A stretch of 32,000 nt of DNA, taken from sequence record NC_010821.1; one strand, 5' to 3'. Shown piece after piece: positions 1-10,788 of the stretch (its first letter is position 1; every line of letters starts with the position of its first letter). The notes below the pieces were generated by a model. That model was not told the DNA's origin. It searched no databases and saw only the letters and a program-made list of their open reading frames with translations. Origin of the DNA: Pseudomonas phage 201phi2-1. A program made the position numbers and the translations under genes.

Positions 1-528
1 AGCAAAGGTACTGGCGAACCTATTAAGTTTACACTTAATGGCGTGGATGTAACTGACGCCGTTATGACCGATGCCACCAGTGTAAGTCTTGAAGAATGTG
101 CAGGTGTGCCGGGTACTGTAGATAAGTCGTGTTGGGATGGCATATTCAATCCACATTTCCCAAATGAGTTCCCACCAACTCGGTTGGATACCCGTGTGAG
201 TCAGAGCGCAGCTAATCATGAATGTCGTAAGGTAGTCATCTCAGCATTGAATGATTGGAAGCGTCGTGTAGATGCACGACATGCGTATCATTCCGATCAG
301 ACTCAGGAACGTACGCATCTGCAAGAAGTTCAATTCAAGCATATTAAGCGTTATGCCAAGGCCGTCGTTAAATCTGTACTTGAGAATACTGATGATATTC
401 TCGTTCACATTGACGTAGCTGAACAAGATAACTTTGGATTCATTACTGGTAGTGCTGATGGTAAATCACATACCCGTCACTTTACTGTTAAGTTCCATGA
501 AAAGAACTGGATTATCTTAGAGGCCTAA
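1..528 (+). CDS. hypothetical protein, 5'-truncated at window edge
   Basis: Frame is open from base 1 (SKGTGEPIKFTLNGVDVTDA...) through the listed ORF 43..528, so the GTG at 43 is probably not the real start. Confidence 0.7.
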   Translation, partial: SKGTGEPIKFTLNGVDVTDAVMTDATSVSLEECAGVPGTVDKSCWDGIFNPHFPNEFPPTRLDTRVSQSAANHECRKVVISALNDWKRRVDARHAYHSDQTQERTHLQEVQFKHIKRYAKAVVKSVLENTDDILVHIDVAEQDNFGFITGSADGKSHTRHFTVKFHEKNWIILEA

Positions 529-530
529 CC

Positions 531-791
531 ATGTTTGTAAGCCACTGTGGTACTTGTTGGGAAACACCATGTACGTGCCCGAGGTATTACAAAGGCCGTG
601 TACCAACTGAATATGAGTTAAAGCAACTTTCAGTCGAAGAACTTAAGACCTTGATTGCCAACGCTCAAGCTATCATCGAGGCACGTGACGTTAAGGTTAC
701 TTACAGCACAACTACCACAGTGGACGTAGGTCGTCTGCAAAACCTCCGTGCCTCACTAGGTCACCCTATCACTACCCCGGATGAAGATTAA
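531..791 (+). CDS. hypothetical protein, Cys-rich N-terminus (CGTCWETPCTC)
   Basis: ORF, close packing, stop overlaps the next ATG (TAATG). Confidence 0.65.
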   Translation: MFVSHCGTCWETPCTCPRYYKGRVPTEYELKQLSVEELKTLIANAQAIIEARDVKVTYSTTTTVDVGRLQNLRASLGHPITTPDED

Positions 792-964
792 TGTCTAATT
801 TCTTTAATGGTAAAATGCTCAACGTCAACGCTGAACTGCAAAGCCACTTGAATCTCGGAGGCCAGTTGGTACTGACCGTCCAACGCGATGGGAAAACTGA
901 ACTGGATTTCCTATTGAATGAAAAGTCTGTCGTTAAACTGAAATCGATTGTAGAAGGTAAATAA
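791..964 (+). CDS. hypothetical 57-aa protein (MSNFFNGKMLNVNAELQSHLNLGGQLVLTVQRDGKTELDFLLNEKSVVKLKSIVEGK)
   Basis: Below the cutoff of the supplied track; fills the gap between neighbours and is coupled by TAATG. Confidence 0.65.
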   Translation: MSNFFNGKMLNVNAELQSHLNLGGQLVLTVQRDGKTELDFLLNEKSVVKLKSIVEGK

Positions 965-965
965 C

Positions 966-1478
966 ATGGCCGCACTAAAAGCCTCTGAACAAACTATCGC
1001 AGATACCCTCTCAGCTTGCCGTGAACCATTCACTGCTGATGAGCTTTTCCAGAACTGCGCAGCTGACCAGATCCCAGTCCCTTACCATCAATGTAAGGCT
1101 TTGGCTGAGATCTCTCACAAGTGTATTGAGAACGGTGGCTTTTACAACATCCTCTCCCGCATTGACGGTGGTGGTAACGTATTGACCTTTTTCAATAACC
1201 AAGGCGATCTGCTTAATGCAGTTGCATTGAATCGACCAGAGATCTCTAAGGATCGTAAGATTCCTAAACTGAATTGGCTCAAGCAATACTTCGCTAATAT
1301 CGGCTATACGCAAGATCGAATTGAGATCAAGTACATCCAGCGTATGATTGAATCTCATATCCGTGATGGTGGTAGTTGGGCAACTACACTCAATGATACG
1401 TCGATCGTATTCATCTTGAAAATGCACGGTCAGGTTAAGGCACACATGGAATTCCATAAGGAGTATCGCGGTGAGTGA
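966..1478 (+). CDS. hypothetical protein
   Basis: 170-aa ORF in a co-directional cluster. Confidence 0.75.
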   Translation: MAALKASEQTIADTLSACREPFTADELFQNCAADQIPVPYHQCKALAEISHKCIENGGFYNILSRIDGGGNVLTFFNNQGDLLNAVALNRPEISKDRKIPKLNWLKQYFANIGYTQDRIEIKYIQRMIESHIRDGGSWATTLNDTSIVFILKMHGQVKAHMEFHKEYRGE

Positions 1479-1803
1479 ATCTGGTATTGCAATTGATCCT
1501 GACAGTAAAACGGTATTGTTGATCGGCGAGGATATCATCCATCGGGTATTCCAACGATCAGCTAGTAAATACACTCTCCGAGATTTTAATAAGATCGCTC
1601 AGGCGATCGTCCATAACCAAGGTGCCGCCTATGGGGCTTACCTGAATGGTGTGGATGACGATGAATGGTGTCTTGGTTGTGTTACACAAGAAGACTCCAT
1701 TACTTTAACTCGTTATCTAGAAGACCCATCTGCTGAAGTACATCTCACCCAGGTGGAACACGATTTAATCCCAAATAAGTCGCCAGCGGCAAAGCTACAT
1801 TGA
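1471..1803 (+). CDS. hypothetical protein
   Basis: 110-aa ORF overlapping the previous stop by a few bases. Confidence 0.65.
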   Translation: MSESGIAIDPDSKTVLLIGEDIIHRVFQRSASKYTLRDFNKIAQAIVHNQGAAYGAYLNGVDDDEWCLGCVTQEDSITLTRYLEDPSAEVHLTQVEHDLIPNKSPAAKLH

Positions 1804-1883
1804 TCAATCTATTGACAGTTCGTCATTAATCTACTCGAGGTACGTATACTGTGTTGAAACCCTACAATTTTGAGGAACCAAAG

Positions 1884-3163
<1,280 letters not shown>

Positions 3164-3164
3164 C

Positions 3165-3494
3165 ATGTCCAATTTCAAAAAAGGTGAAGGCATTGCAACT
3201 ATCACACCCGAGCCTTTTAGTAACCATCACCTTAAAGTTGGTAACCGTTATCAGGTAATGGTGTTGGCTGGAACTGAGGTGGTCGAGACTAGTTGGGTAA
3301 ATGTAATTCTGCCAGGCACTGTAGTACTACATGGTGAGATGGGTATCTATGCCTATCCAAATAACTGGTTCCGGCTGCATAGCCGATCCAAATTGTTCTA
3401 CACGCACTACAGCGAATTCTACGATGTACTGATCAAGGACGTCGATGGTCGAACTGTAGCTGCTTTGACTAACGTTGAGGTGATCCGTGAGTGA
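3165..3494 (+). CDS. hypothetical protein
   Basis: 109-aa ORF, close-packed with both neighbours. Confidence 0.7.
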   Translation: MSNFKKGEGIATITPEPFSNHHLKVGNRYQVMVLAGTEVVETSWVNVILPGTVVLHGEMGIYAYPNNWFRLHSRSKLFYTHYSEFYDVLIKDVDGRTVAALTNVEVIRE

Positions 3495-4026
3495 GATAAT
3501 CTTGACACCTACACCGGGTGTAATTACCTTAGGCGGGTTGGATAAAATACGACCTAAGGTAACCGTGTTGAATTGTTGGAACGCTGAGAAGTATCGTTTA
3601 CCCGTACCAGTGATTAGTTTCTGTGAATGGAATGGTCTGGCCCCTAATGAACGCCACACATATCCACTGGGTACTCACCATGTTGACGTCCAGCGTATTT
3701 ACTGCGATGACGTAGAGGATCAGATTGACGCGAGTTACAGACTGTTTGATTACATTGATGCGGTCAAGATCATTACGTTTCTTGACAAGCATCGTGGGCA
3801 AGACATCATGGTTCATTGTGCGGCAGGTGTTAGTCGTAGCCCTGCTTGCGCAAAGTTTATGTTAGATTACCTTGGCTACCGATTGGATGAGTTCAATAAC
3901 CATTCGAACTTCTTTGACCGGCATAATACTGTGGTCTACTATAATCTGAAACGGGCAATGCTCGATCATACTGGACCCATTGAAAGAATTAAGGCGGCGA
4001 GTTATGGCAAAGAAAAAGAAGTTTAA
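3487..4026 (+). CDS. dual-specificity / tyrosine-type protein phosphatase-like protein
   Basis: P-loop signature HCxxGxxRS (VHCAAGVSRSPA, 3814..3840), with upstream Asp-containing segment. Confidence 0.8.
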   Translation: MSEIILTPTPGVITLGGLDKIRPKVTVLNCWNAEKYRLPVPVISFCEWNGLAPNERHTYPLGTHHVDVQRIYCDDVEDQIDASYRLFDYIDAVKIITFLDKHRGQDIMVHCAAGVSRSPACAKFMLDYLGYRLDEFNNHSNFFDRHNTVVYYNLKRAMLDHTGPIERIKAASYGKEKEV

Positions 4027-4213
4027 AGGCAACAATGCTCAGTTGGTTGGTGACACTCGACTGACCAAACGCGAAATGAAAAAGTTCCAAGCAGTTTATC
4101 ACAACGTTAGTCGAGATAACGAGAAGCGTATGGAACAACACGCTATAGTCCAAGCGCAGGCTGGTACAGTCAACATTGGTGGCGTAGCTAATCTGGGTGA
4201 TGTAAATGCTTGA
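4004..4213 (+). CDS. small basic hypothetical protein
   Basis: MAKKKKFKGNNAQLV...; start at internal ATG 4004, overlapping the phosphatase 3' end. Confidence 0.6.
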   Translation: MAKKKKFKGNNAQLVGDTRLTKREMKKFQAVYHNVSRDNEKRMEQHAIVQAQAGTVNIGGVANLGDVNA

Positions 4214-4388
4214 ACTGGCAGTTAGCTTTTGGGGTTCAGTAGTATTTAATTTGTTCGTACTGGTATTCGGTATGATGCATCACCGCATTGACCTTAATAC
4301 CAATCGGTTCTATAACGGACTACTGTTACTCGGTACGATCGTAATGGTGTGTTCTGGTGTAGGTTGGGTATTTACCGGCGGAGGCTGA
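4206..4388 (+). CDS. small membrane protein (two hydrophobic segments)
   Basis: VSFWGSVVFNLFVLVFGMM and FYNGLLLLGTIVMVCSGVGWVF. Confidence 0.6.
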   Translation: MLELAVSFWGSVVFNLFVLVFGMMHHRIDLNTNRFYNGLLLLGTIVMVCSGVGWVFTGGG

Positions 4389-4389
4389 T

Positions 4390-4563
4390 ATGTCATCATG
4401 GGCGGCTTCATGGGGTTTAAATGGGTTGCTAGTATTGGCGGTACTCTACCTGTTCGCTTTTGCTGCGAGTAAGAATAAACGCGTACTGCACATCGCACTG
4501 GTATTCTTTCTAGGGCTAGCGATGTACGGTACTTTACCAGCGGATGCATTTATGTGTAGGTGA
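4390..4563 (+). CDS. small membrane protein, 57 aa
   Basis: MSSWAASWGLNGLLVLAVLYLFAFAASKNKRVLHIALVFFLGLAMYGTLPADAFMCR; below track cutoff; fills the gap 4388..4567. Confidence 0.6.
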   Translation: MSSWAASWGLNGLLVLAVLYLFAFAASKNKRVLHIALVFFLGLAMYGTLPADAFMCR

Positions 4564-4566
4564 GTT

Positions 4567-5040
4567 ATGTCTAAGTTAAAGGCAAAGCTTGATCAAGCAG
4601 TTGCTGGAAACTTAGGTATCGAACTAGTCCCCAATTCAATCACTCTAAAAGAAATTGCGGATAAACCAGCATCCGTAACAGGTCTGATCCTAGCCTACGT
4701 GGAAGGTGATGATTACTGTTACGATGTGGTCCCCGTATGGCGTTACGTTAATGGGATGCGAATCAAGATACCTAGGTTCCACTCGCGTCCCATTATTGAG
4801 GCGCGATTAGCTAAACAGTTTTATCTCAGGTACTACGCTTTGTTTGATGGTAAGCTATGCCCATTAAAGGTGAGTAAACCCTCTGACCTAAAAGCTAGGT
4901 TACCTTTCAAAGTGCGTGAGGACGACTTGTATCGTTCCACGGTTATTTCACCAGACGCTGTAATGGGCTTACGAAAGAAGCCATTACTATTCCATAGACG
5001 GAGAGTTAACTATGAACTACAAGCTTCGATTCTGGCATGA
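4567..5040 (+). CDS. hypothetical protein
   Basis: 157-aa ORF in cluster. Confidence 0.7.
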   Translation: MSKLKAKLDQAVAGNLGIELVPNSITLKEIADKPASVTGLILAYVEGDDYCYDVVPVWRYVNGMRIKIPRFHSRPIIEARLAKQFYLRYYALFDGKLCPLKVSKPSDLKARLPFKVREDDLYRSTVISPDAVMGLRKKPLLFHRRRVNYELQASILA

Positions 5041-5386
5041 ACTGTTTCAAAATCTGATTGGCGTGCACCTCGTTAATGGCTGCCATTTTGACGGGTTCCT
5101 GATTAAGGGTGAAGGTAATTCGTTTATGCAGTTGGAACGACTTGACTATTCAGCCACTAGCCCAGAGCCTTTCCTGCGATATACTTTCAAATCGCCAGAA
5201 GGTGGTGACATCATCTACAGTGTAAATAACAAACCTGATGGTGGGATGGAGACAGTGGTAGACCGTGTGCGTGATGCCAATGGGGTAATTCAACTACTAG
5301 ATGGTCCTAATCTAATTGCTGAGGAAGTCATGCAGGATGTTTATCTCCACGCTGTAAAACTTATGGCCACCATTTGGTATACCTGA
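5012..5386 (+). CDS. hypothetical protein
   Basis: 124-aa ORF. Confidence 0.65.
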   Translation: MNYKLRFWHELFQNLIGVHLVNGCHFDGFLIKGEGNSFMQLERLDYSATSPEPFLRYTFKSPEGGDIIYSVNNKPDGGMETVVDRVRDANGVIQLLDGPNLIAEEVMQDVYLHAVKLMATIWYT

Positions 5387-5393
5387 GGTTAAA

Positions 5394-5666
5394 ATGAATC
5401 GCCAAGAGCAATTTAAACAGTTGGTTGAAGAGTGGCTTGAACTGGATCTCCCATACACCTGCACTTCACTTGATCTTTACACCAGTGTTCGGATTGAGCG
5501 TAAGGCTGACACCGTGGTGTTCAGTAGTAAACGTGCGGGTCAAGTAGGTGAACTGGGTATGGCTCAGATCAAAGATGGGAAAGTCGATGGTATGGTTTAC
5601 GTAAGTTCCACACCACATCTGGGTTTGATGTTGTTTGGTCTAGAGAAATCAGTAGAAGCTAACTAA
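5394..5666 (+). CDS. hypothetical protein
   Basis: 90-aa ORF. Confidence 0.65.
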   Translation: MNRQEQFKQLVEEWLELDLPYTCTSLDLYTSVRIERKADTVVFSSKRAGQVGELGMAQIKDGKVDGMVYVSSTPHLGLMLFGLEKSVEAN

Positions 5667-5744
5667 TGTCAACTAGGGCACTCGTCGATCAGGTTGAGAC
5701 GGATGCCTATTTAATGCTTTATGAAATCCGTCAAAGGTGTAGAA

Positions 5745-5990
5745 ATGAGCGTCAACAAACTTTTACTGAGTCTGATTGCAGTAGCTTTACTGGTGATAGC
5801 GTTCGGGCAGAGTCGCCATGTAATGGAGATCAAGAACTATCTGGTCCCATCCAAATCCGACATTATCCTAAACGTATCCCATTCAGATGAAGCTTACCGT
5901 AGTTGTCTTCGTAAAGTCTCAGCGGGCGTTGGCGTAGTTAATATCAATCAAATGCAAAAATGTGCAGAGGATACCGGGTATGGAAAATGA
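5745..5990 (+). CDS. small membrane-anchored protein, paralogue A
   Basis: MSVNKLLLSLIAVALLVIAFG signal/TM segment; C-terminal AYRSCLRKVS...QMQKCAEDTGYGK. Start chosen internally, SD-like AAAGG upstream. Confidence 0.6.
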   Translation: MSVNKLLLSLIAVALLVIAFGQSRHVMEIKNYLVPSKSDIILNVSHSDEAYRSCLRKVSAGVGVVNINQMQKCAEDTGYGK

Positions 5991-6234
5991 CATGCGCTTC
6001 TTAGAGCGTAAACCAAATGTTTGGATGTGGATCTTTCTGATCGTGCTGGTAATGTCAGCTACGCAGTGCACGATTAAAACCGAAGAGAGTAAAGTTGCCC
6101 AAGCCAAACTAGAAGACGACTGGAACAACTCGCCTGAGAAGGCATTTCGCTTCTGTCTCGTTACGGTAGCCGGTGAATCGGGTACAGCCACTCCTGAGCA
6201 AATCAATGCATGTAACAAAGCGGCGGGGCGTTAA
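5980..6234 (+). CDS. small membrane-anchored protein, paralogue B
   Basis: MENDMRFLERKPNVWMWIFLIVLVMSATQC; C-terminal AFRFCLVTVAGESGTATPEQINACNKAAGR resembles paralogue A. Confidence 0.6.
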   Translation: MENDMRFLERKPNVWMWIFLIVLVMSATQCTIKTEESKVAQAKLEDDWNNSPEKAFRFCLVTVAGESGTATPEQINACNKAAGR

Positions 6235-6235
6235 G

Positions 6236-6451
6236 ATGGAAGATAAAACAGATGTAGTTGTCGAAGCGCCTAAACAGAAAGGTATTGACCTTAGCTGGGT
6301 TTTCTTTGGAATGCTTGCAATGTCAATTGGTAGTTGCAGTGGTATGACTGCCCTAGGTAATGCATACCAGAGAGCTGAAGAATACAAAGCTGATAAACAA
6401 CTCCAGATTACTCAACTTCAAATCAAACATCAGGAATCGAAACATGACTAA
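6236..6451 (+). CDS. small membrane protein
   Basis: MEDKTDVVVEAPKQKGIDLSWVFFGMLAMSIGSCSGM..., internal ATG start, coupled to the previous stop. Confidence 0.6.
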   Translation: MEDKTDVVVEAPKQKGIDLSWVFFGMLAMSIGSCSGMTALGNAYQRAEEYKADKQLQITQLQIKHQESKHD

Positions 6452-7085
6452 GCGTAATATCGCTATTGCAAACTTTAGTCCATCCGTGGTAGAAGGCTCC
6501 AGCTGGCCGCGGTTCACTGGATGGAAAATGGTCGGTAAGCCATATATTGAATCGGGACTGTTTGGACTGATTGATAAGGGTACCCGCATGCATCGGTTCT
6601 TTAAAGACACCACTTTCGAAGATGTCCTTGCTAACCAACTGGTTTACGAGTACCAGACTAGTGTCCGAGGTACGCCACTTTCGATTGAGTATTACGAAGA
6701 CCGTAAAATGGGTGCTGAGATCATTATGGCACCACCTCGGTCATTGGATTTCAGTGTTCGTTGGTTGCCTCCATATCAGTACATCGATAAAGACTATGTT
6801 GAGTGGGATGTCTACGTAGTGATCACTGGTGAAGATATTTATATCCGTGGTGACTTCCAGCAAAGCTTTATTGCTCGTGGTTATTGGGATATGGAGATCT
6901 GGAAGCCAAAGTTCGAAATTGGAGAAGCCTGGAACGACATCAAGACGATCGAACAAGCAACTATCAACTATGTGGTTGCTTCAGGTTATCCTGCTATGGG
7001 TTGCATCAACCGTATTGGCGACGATGGTCCACGCGAATACGTAGTTAAAGATGTCTATCAGGAAATCCCAGGATACCAAGCTTGA
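6444..7085 (+). CDS. conserved-looking hypothetical protein, 213 aa
   Basis: MTKRNIAIANFSPSVV...; start overlaps the previous stop; followed by a strong terminator. Confidence 0.8.
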   Translation: MTKRNIAIANFSPSVVEGSSWPRFTGWKMVGKPYIESGLFGLIDKGTRMHRFFKDTTFEDVLANQLVYEYQTSVRGTPLSIEYYEDRKMGAEIIMAPPRSLDFSVRWLPPYQYIDKDYVEWDVYVVITGEDIYIRGDFQQSFIARGYWDMEIWKPKFEIGEAWNDIKTIEQATINYVVASGYPAMGCINRIGDDGPREYVVKDVYQEIPGYQA

Positions 7086-7097
7086 ATTAAGTAACAG

Positions 7098-7129
7098 CAT
7101 AAAGCCTCTCCTTCGGGAGAGGCTTTATG
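7098..7129 (+). terminator. bidirectional terminator, 14-bp perfect stem cataaagcctctcc-ttcg-ggagaggctttatg
   Basis: Perfect hairpin between convergent genes. Confidence 0.9.
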
Positions 7130-7147
7130 TCGTTTTCTTTTTATTCC

Positions 7148-7972
7148 TTATTGTGCTGCCAAGATAGTTCGGACGTGAGTACGATTACCTTCAGGGTCGT
7201 TGAAGTTACGGAGGATCTTCTGACACTTCTTAAGTTGCTCGTCGTAAAGATCATTCATCTCGGACCATTCGTAAACCTTGTCACGGAATACACCAAGTTC
7301 TTGACCACCACTCAGTTGAGCTTCGCCCATGCTAATGAACATCTCGTTGTAACAATGCGCTTTAACAGCGTACTCAAACAACTTAGCAAAAGCAAGCCAA
7401 CTAGGTTGACGGATGTTATTGAGTTCATCATCGTTACCTAAGCGACACGCTAGATAAGCCGTAGCCGAAGGCATGAAGATAAACCGAACCATAAAGGTGT
7501 TGTGGTTAATCAGACCTAAGTAACTAGTCTGAGCAACAGGTGCCTTACGTGCAGAGTCTAATACCTGACGAGTAGCTGCGGTCATGGCCGATTCATTAAA
7601 CGTCATGGCGTAGCCAGTGTTCTGATACCCTAAGATACCAAAGTGGATACTGTAAAGTTGGACGATCGGTCGACCTTGGGTGTATTCATCTGGCACGTAA
7701 TAAACTGTAGTGTATGGATCTACGTATTGAGCACGTACCGGATAGTCTAATGGAATAAACGTCTTAGTGCCACCGACGATCTCAAGGTCGGGTTTAATCC
7801 GCCCTTCAATCACGATCTCCTTAATACGATGTTCCATCGATACGTTAACACCACAACCAGACGTAGTCAGACTAAGATCATCGCCATCCGTAGAACTAAC
7901 GAATACCTGATTTAAAATCTGACGCGGAATGCGGGGTCGAATGTAATTAAGAGCATATTGGATAACACTCAT
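7148..7972 (-). CDS. hypothetical protein, 274 aa (possible virion protein, not identified)
   Basis: Long ORF in a region without a plus-strand alternative; convergent with 6444..7085 across the terminator. Confidence 0.8.
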   Translation of the reverse strand: MSVIQYALNYIRPRIPRQILNQVFVSSTDGDDLSLTTSGCGVNVSMEHRIKEIVIEGRIKPDLEIVGGTKTFIPLDYPVRAQYVDPYTTVYYVPDEYTQGRPIVQLYSIHFGILGYQNTGYAMTFNESAMTAATRQVLDSARKAPVAQTSYLGLINHNTFMVRFIFMPSATAYLACRLGNDDELNNIRQPSWLAFAKLFEYAVKAHCYNEMFISMGEAQLSGGQELGVFRDKVYEWSEMNDLYDEQLKKCQKILRNFNDPEGNRTHVRTILAAQ

Positions 7973-8081
7973 GTGCGTTCGTTTCCTGTATCGTGTTATA
8001 GAGGCCTTCCCGAACGTGTAGATATACTAGAGCTACGTATATTATACGAAGAGGGAAGCGTAATTCAAATAATTTCAAATC

Positions 8082-8098
8082 TATATCATGAAGGTGAA
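8082..8098 (+). promoter_or_regulatory. promoter-like element TATATCATGAAGGTGAA
   Basis: Intergenic, shares layout with the TATATTACTNNNGTGWA sites. Confidence 0.5.
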
Positions 8099-8115
8099 TA
8101 ATTATCGAGACGTGT

Positions 8116-8541
8116 ATGATGACACTGGAACCAATACCACCACATGTGCTACTCACTTATGATATTCGAACAGCACTGAGTAAGATCGATCTATATCCGA
8201 TCAAGCATTATGCGCTGACTCGATATCAGAATGAGCACAACATCAACCCTGATTTCGCAATGTTGATTCCACAGGGGTCTCCAACCGATCAGAAGTTGAG
8301 AGCGATTGAAGCACAGATCATTGATGACTTGATCATCACCATGATTAATAGCTTTGAACATACATGGATTCAACGCGACCTTCGACACATTACTTTAGAA
8401 GAACAAAGTTTCTTCAACACTCAATCTGACTTCAGACATGAGTTGTTTATGTGTGTACGCATTCAACCCGAATATGCAGGAGTATTCGCTCACTATCAAC
8501 GAATCAGTGAGTCGATCTTCTTGGCAGTTCCTAAGTACTAA
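8116..8541 (+). CDS. hypothetical protein
   Basis: 141-aa ORF downstream of a promoter-like element. Confidence 0.75.
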   Translation: MMTLEPIPPHVLLTYDIRTALSKIDLYPIKHYALTRYQNEHNINPDFAMLIPQGSPTDQKLRAIEAQIIDDLIITMINSFEHTWIQRDLRHITLEEQSFFNTQSDFRHELFMCVRIQPEYAGVFAHYQRISESIFLAVPKY

Positions 8542-9596
8542 TGGCGGAAGCAATGGAAAACTCTAAACGGTTTATTGTGCTTGAGGCACAAGACCAAGCG
8601 AATAACTTGGTTGACTACATCGAGTGGCTTGCACTCACTCAACCCGATCTAGGCCTCAAGGCTATTACTCGTAGGGAAGCATCCAACATTGTTTATCTGT
8701 TGGTGCGTGACATCGTGGATTATCAGTTGGCACACAGACCACTGAATCCTGAAAACGTAGAGATGATTGTAAGCATCCTGTTCGGTACACCGAAGAACAA
8801 ACTTACTCCAGACCTTACTAAACGCTACGCCCGTGTTACCGAAGAACAGATGTGGCAAAGCATCGTTTCCACCATTCGTAAACAAGTTCATCAAACTGTA
8901 AAGTACGATACCTGGGTTGAATGGAATGTTGTTAAAGCGGGTACTCTGGTAGGTCTGGCTGAAGGTGAAGATCATCGGATCACTGAGTATCATCGTGAAG
9001 CCAAAGCTGTAGACGATGAAGATGAATCGATTCTTACCTTGAACTGTAAGAACCCTATCAACTATCTATACAGTGAGTTCTCTAAACGGTACGGGTCTAA
9101 CTTTGCCCAGCTACGGTTAATGTTGAATGATCCAAATACCAAAATGGATAACTTCTATCGTAACCTTCTCAATAAGTTTATCCAAGATCCAACTGAATAC
9201 ATCATCGGCTTGTTCCTAGACACGCTGATTATGATGCACCCACAGATGGAGCTCGCATCCTGCTCACCAAAGCGTAGCATGTTTATTGAACGTGCACTGG
9301 GTATTCATGACATGAGTAGCTTCCAATCCCGTACTGTACAAAAGCTGATCATGGCTTTCGGTATGAATTGGTTCAACCATGAGATCAAGAAAGACGAACA
9401 ATACATTGTTGAGTATTATCAAGCAACTCACATCATGGCAATCTTCAAGAAAACCTATTCGAGCCTCACTGAGAAATATGAAGCTGATCTGGTAGTTGCC
9501 TTGGTACGTGGGGATTACCTACCACCTGAAGAACGTAAGCTGGCTGAGAAGCTTTATCAAGAGCATCCACAGCTTCACGTTAACTTGGCACCTTGA
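8541..9596 (+). CDS. hypothetical protein, 351 aa
   Basis: Long ORF, coupled to the previous stop. Confidence 0.85.
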   Translation: MAEAMENSKRFIVLEAQDQANNLVDYIEWLALTQPDLGLKAITRREASNIVYLLVRDIVDYQLAHRPLNPENVEMIVSILFGTPKNKLTPDLTKRYARVTEEQMWQSIVSTIRKQVHQTVKYDTWVEWNVVKAGTLVGLAEGEDHRITEYHREAKAVDDEDESILTLNCKNPINYLYSEFSKRYGSNFAQLRLMLNDPNTKMDNFYRNLLNKFIQDPTEYIIGLFLDTLIMMHPQMELASCSPKRSMFIERALGIHDMSSFQSRTVQKLIMAFGMNWFNHEIKKDEQYIVEYYQATHIMAIFKKTYSSLTEKYEADLVVALVRGDYLPPEERKLAEKLYQEHPQLHVNLAP

Positions 9597-10039
9597 TGAA
9601 TATACTGATTGCTCACGAGAGCTACCCAACTCATAATTGGGCACACGATTGGTGGCCAGTGGTGTCGAGCTTCTTCCCAAGGCAGAAGCTCCTCCACACC
9701 ATCGCTACTCTACTAATGGTGAAAAATGACGATACCGCTGGTGAAACCTATGATGAAGCAATTAATGAAACAATCGATGAACTCATTGGTCGTCGGTGCT
9801 CTGACGAAGACGAAGAGAATCCAGTCCCAACTCTCACCGATGACGAAAGACATCAAGTGGCCGAGTACTTGCGTGACGCTGTCAAAGCGATGCATCCATA
9901 CATGCCTGACACTGGGGCGCTTGAACTCGTCACCTATGTAAGTGAACCTGAAAACGACAAGTTCTATCTGGTAGTGAGGTATTGGCCTGAAGATGAGCAT
10001 TCTAGTAAGGCTTTCGCCAGCCCTAGTGTACGGGGATAA
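9593..10039 (+). CDS. hypothetical protein
   Basis: 148-aa ORF, ATGA overlap with previous. Confidence 0.7.
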   Translation: MMNILIAHESYPTHNWAHDWWPVVSSFFPRQKLLHTIATLLMVKNDDTAGETYDEAINETIDELIGRRCSDEDEENPVPTLTDDERHQVAEYLRDAVKAMHPYMPDTGALELVTYVSEPENDKFYLVVRYWPEDEHSSKAFASPSVRG

Positions 10040-10385
10040 ACTGGGTCTCGTTGAACTGCTCGGGGACAAGGTTGGATTGAGTGTAAGCGACATCAACGAT
10101 TCGATGATCGCTTACTTCGAGTACAACTACTTCAATTGTCCATTTACCTTTAGCGATAAAGATATTGTAGATCAGTACTTCATGGGTGATCCCATGGGGT
10201 ACGATTTGCTTTATGCCGTAAACGCTAGGTTTCCTGAGATCAACGCATATATTCCAGACGGTGTTAAAAGCATTCGTTATGCTCGAACACTTAAAGATGG
10301 TTTCTATTTAATTTGCGAGCCTGACGATGAACACGTTACTGACGTTCGACTCAACCCCCTTCACCAAACATTTAGTGAAGGCTGA
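9993..10385 (+). CDS. hypothetical protein
   Basis: 130-aa ORF overlapping the previous gene by 47 nt; start uncertain. Confidence 0.65.
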   Translation: MSILVRLSPALVYGDKLGLVELLGDKVGLSVSDINDSMIAYFEYNYFNCPFTFSDKDIVDQYFMGDPMGYDLLYAVNARFPEINAYIPDGVKSIRYARTLKDGFYLICEPDDEHVTDVRLNPLHQTFSEG

Positions 10386-10788
10386 TGATCGTAATATGAT
10401 TGATTACATCATCCGTGAATATGGCCCAGCTTTACAATACGCATTAAGTATGTTTAACGGTGACGCTGAGTTTAATATCCGAGCTCATTATCAGGATGCC
10501 TACTTTAAAGCTATCTTGATGACTGGTAATGATTTCCACAGTGACTCGGCTAATCAAACTAAGTTGTTCCGTAGACGACTAGTAGATGAAGATGGTAATG
10601 TGCATTCAACTAAAGGACGGTATGATGAATTGGTGGATGCATGTATCTTACATTTCAACAGCCAGATCATGGCAGTCCTTAGAGGTGTTCAGGAGCAAGC
10701 ACGACAAATTTATACTGTGGATGTTGTAGGTTATGAGAATAGAACCCTTAAGATCATACTTAAAACAGATGGAGCAATCCAACCATGA
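10327..10788 (+). CDS. hypothetical protein (true start uncertain, possibly ATG 10396 or a GTG just upstream)
   Basis: 153-aa ORF in cluster. Confidence 0.65.
   Translation: MNTLLTFDSTPFTKHLVKADDRNMIDYIIREYGPALQYALSMFNGDAEFNIRAHYQDAYFKAILMTGNDFHSDSANQTKLFRRRLVDEDGNVHSTKGRYDELVDACILHFNSQIMAVLRGVQEQARQIYTVDVVGYENRTLKIILKTDGAIQP

Noticed and set aside
5666-5890. 74-aa plus ORF
   Set aside because: Starts with a coupled TAATG, but most of its length overlaps the better-supported membrane protein at 5745..5990 and the C-terminal half looks non-coding. Not ruled out as a short real peptide.
6423-6638. Minus-strand and alternative-frame ORFs within 6444..7085
   Set aside because: Shadow frames of a well-supported 213-aa gene.
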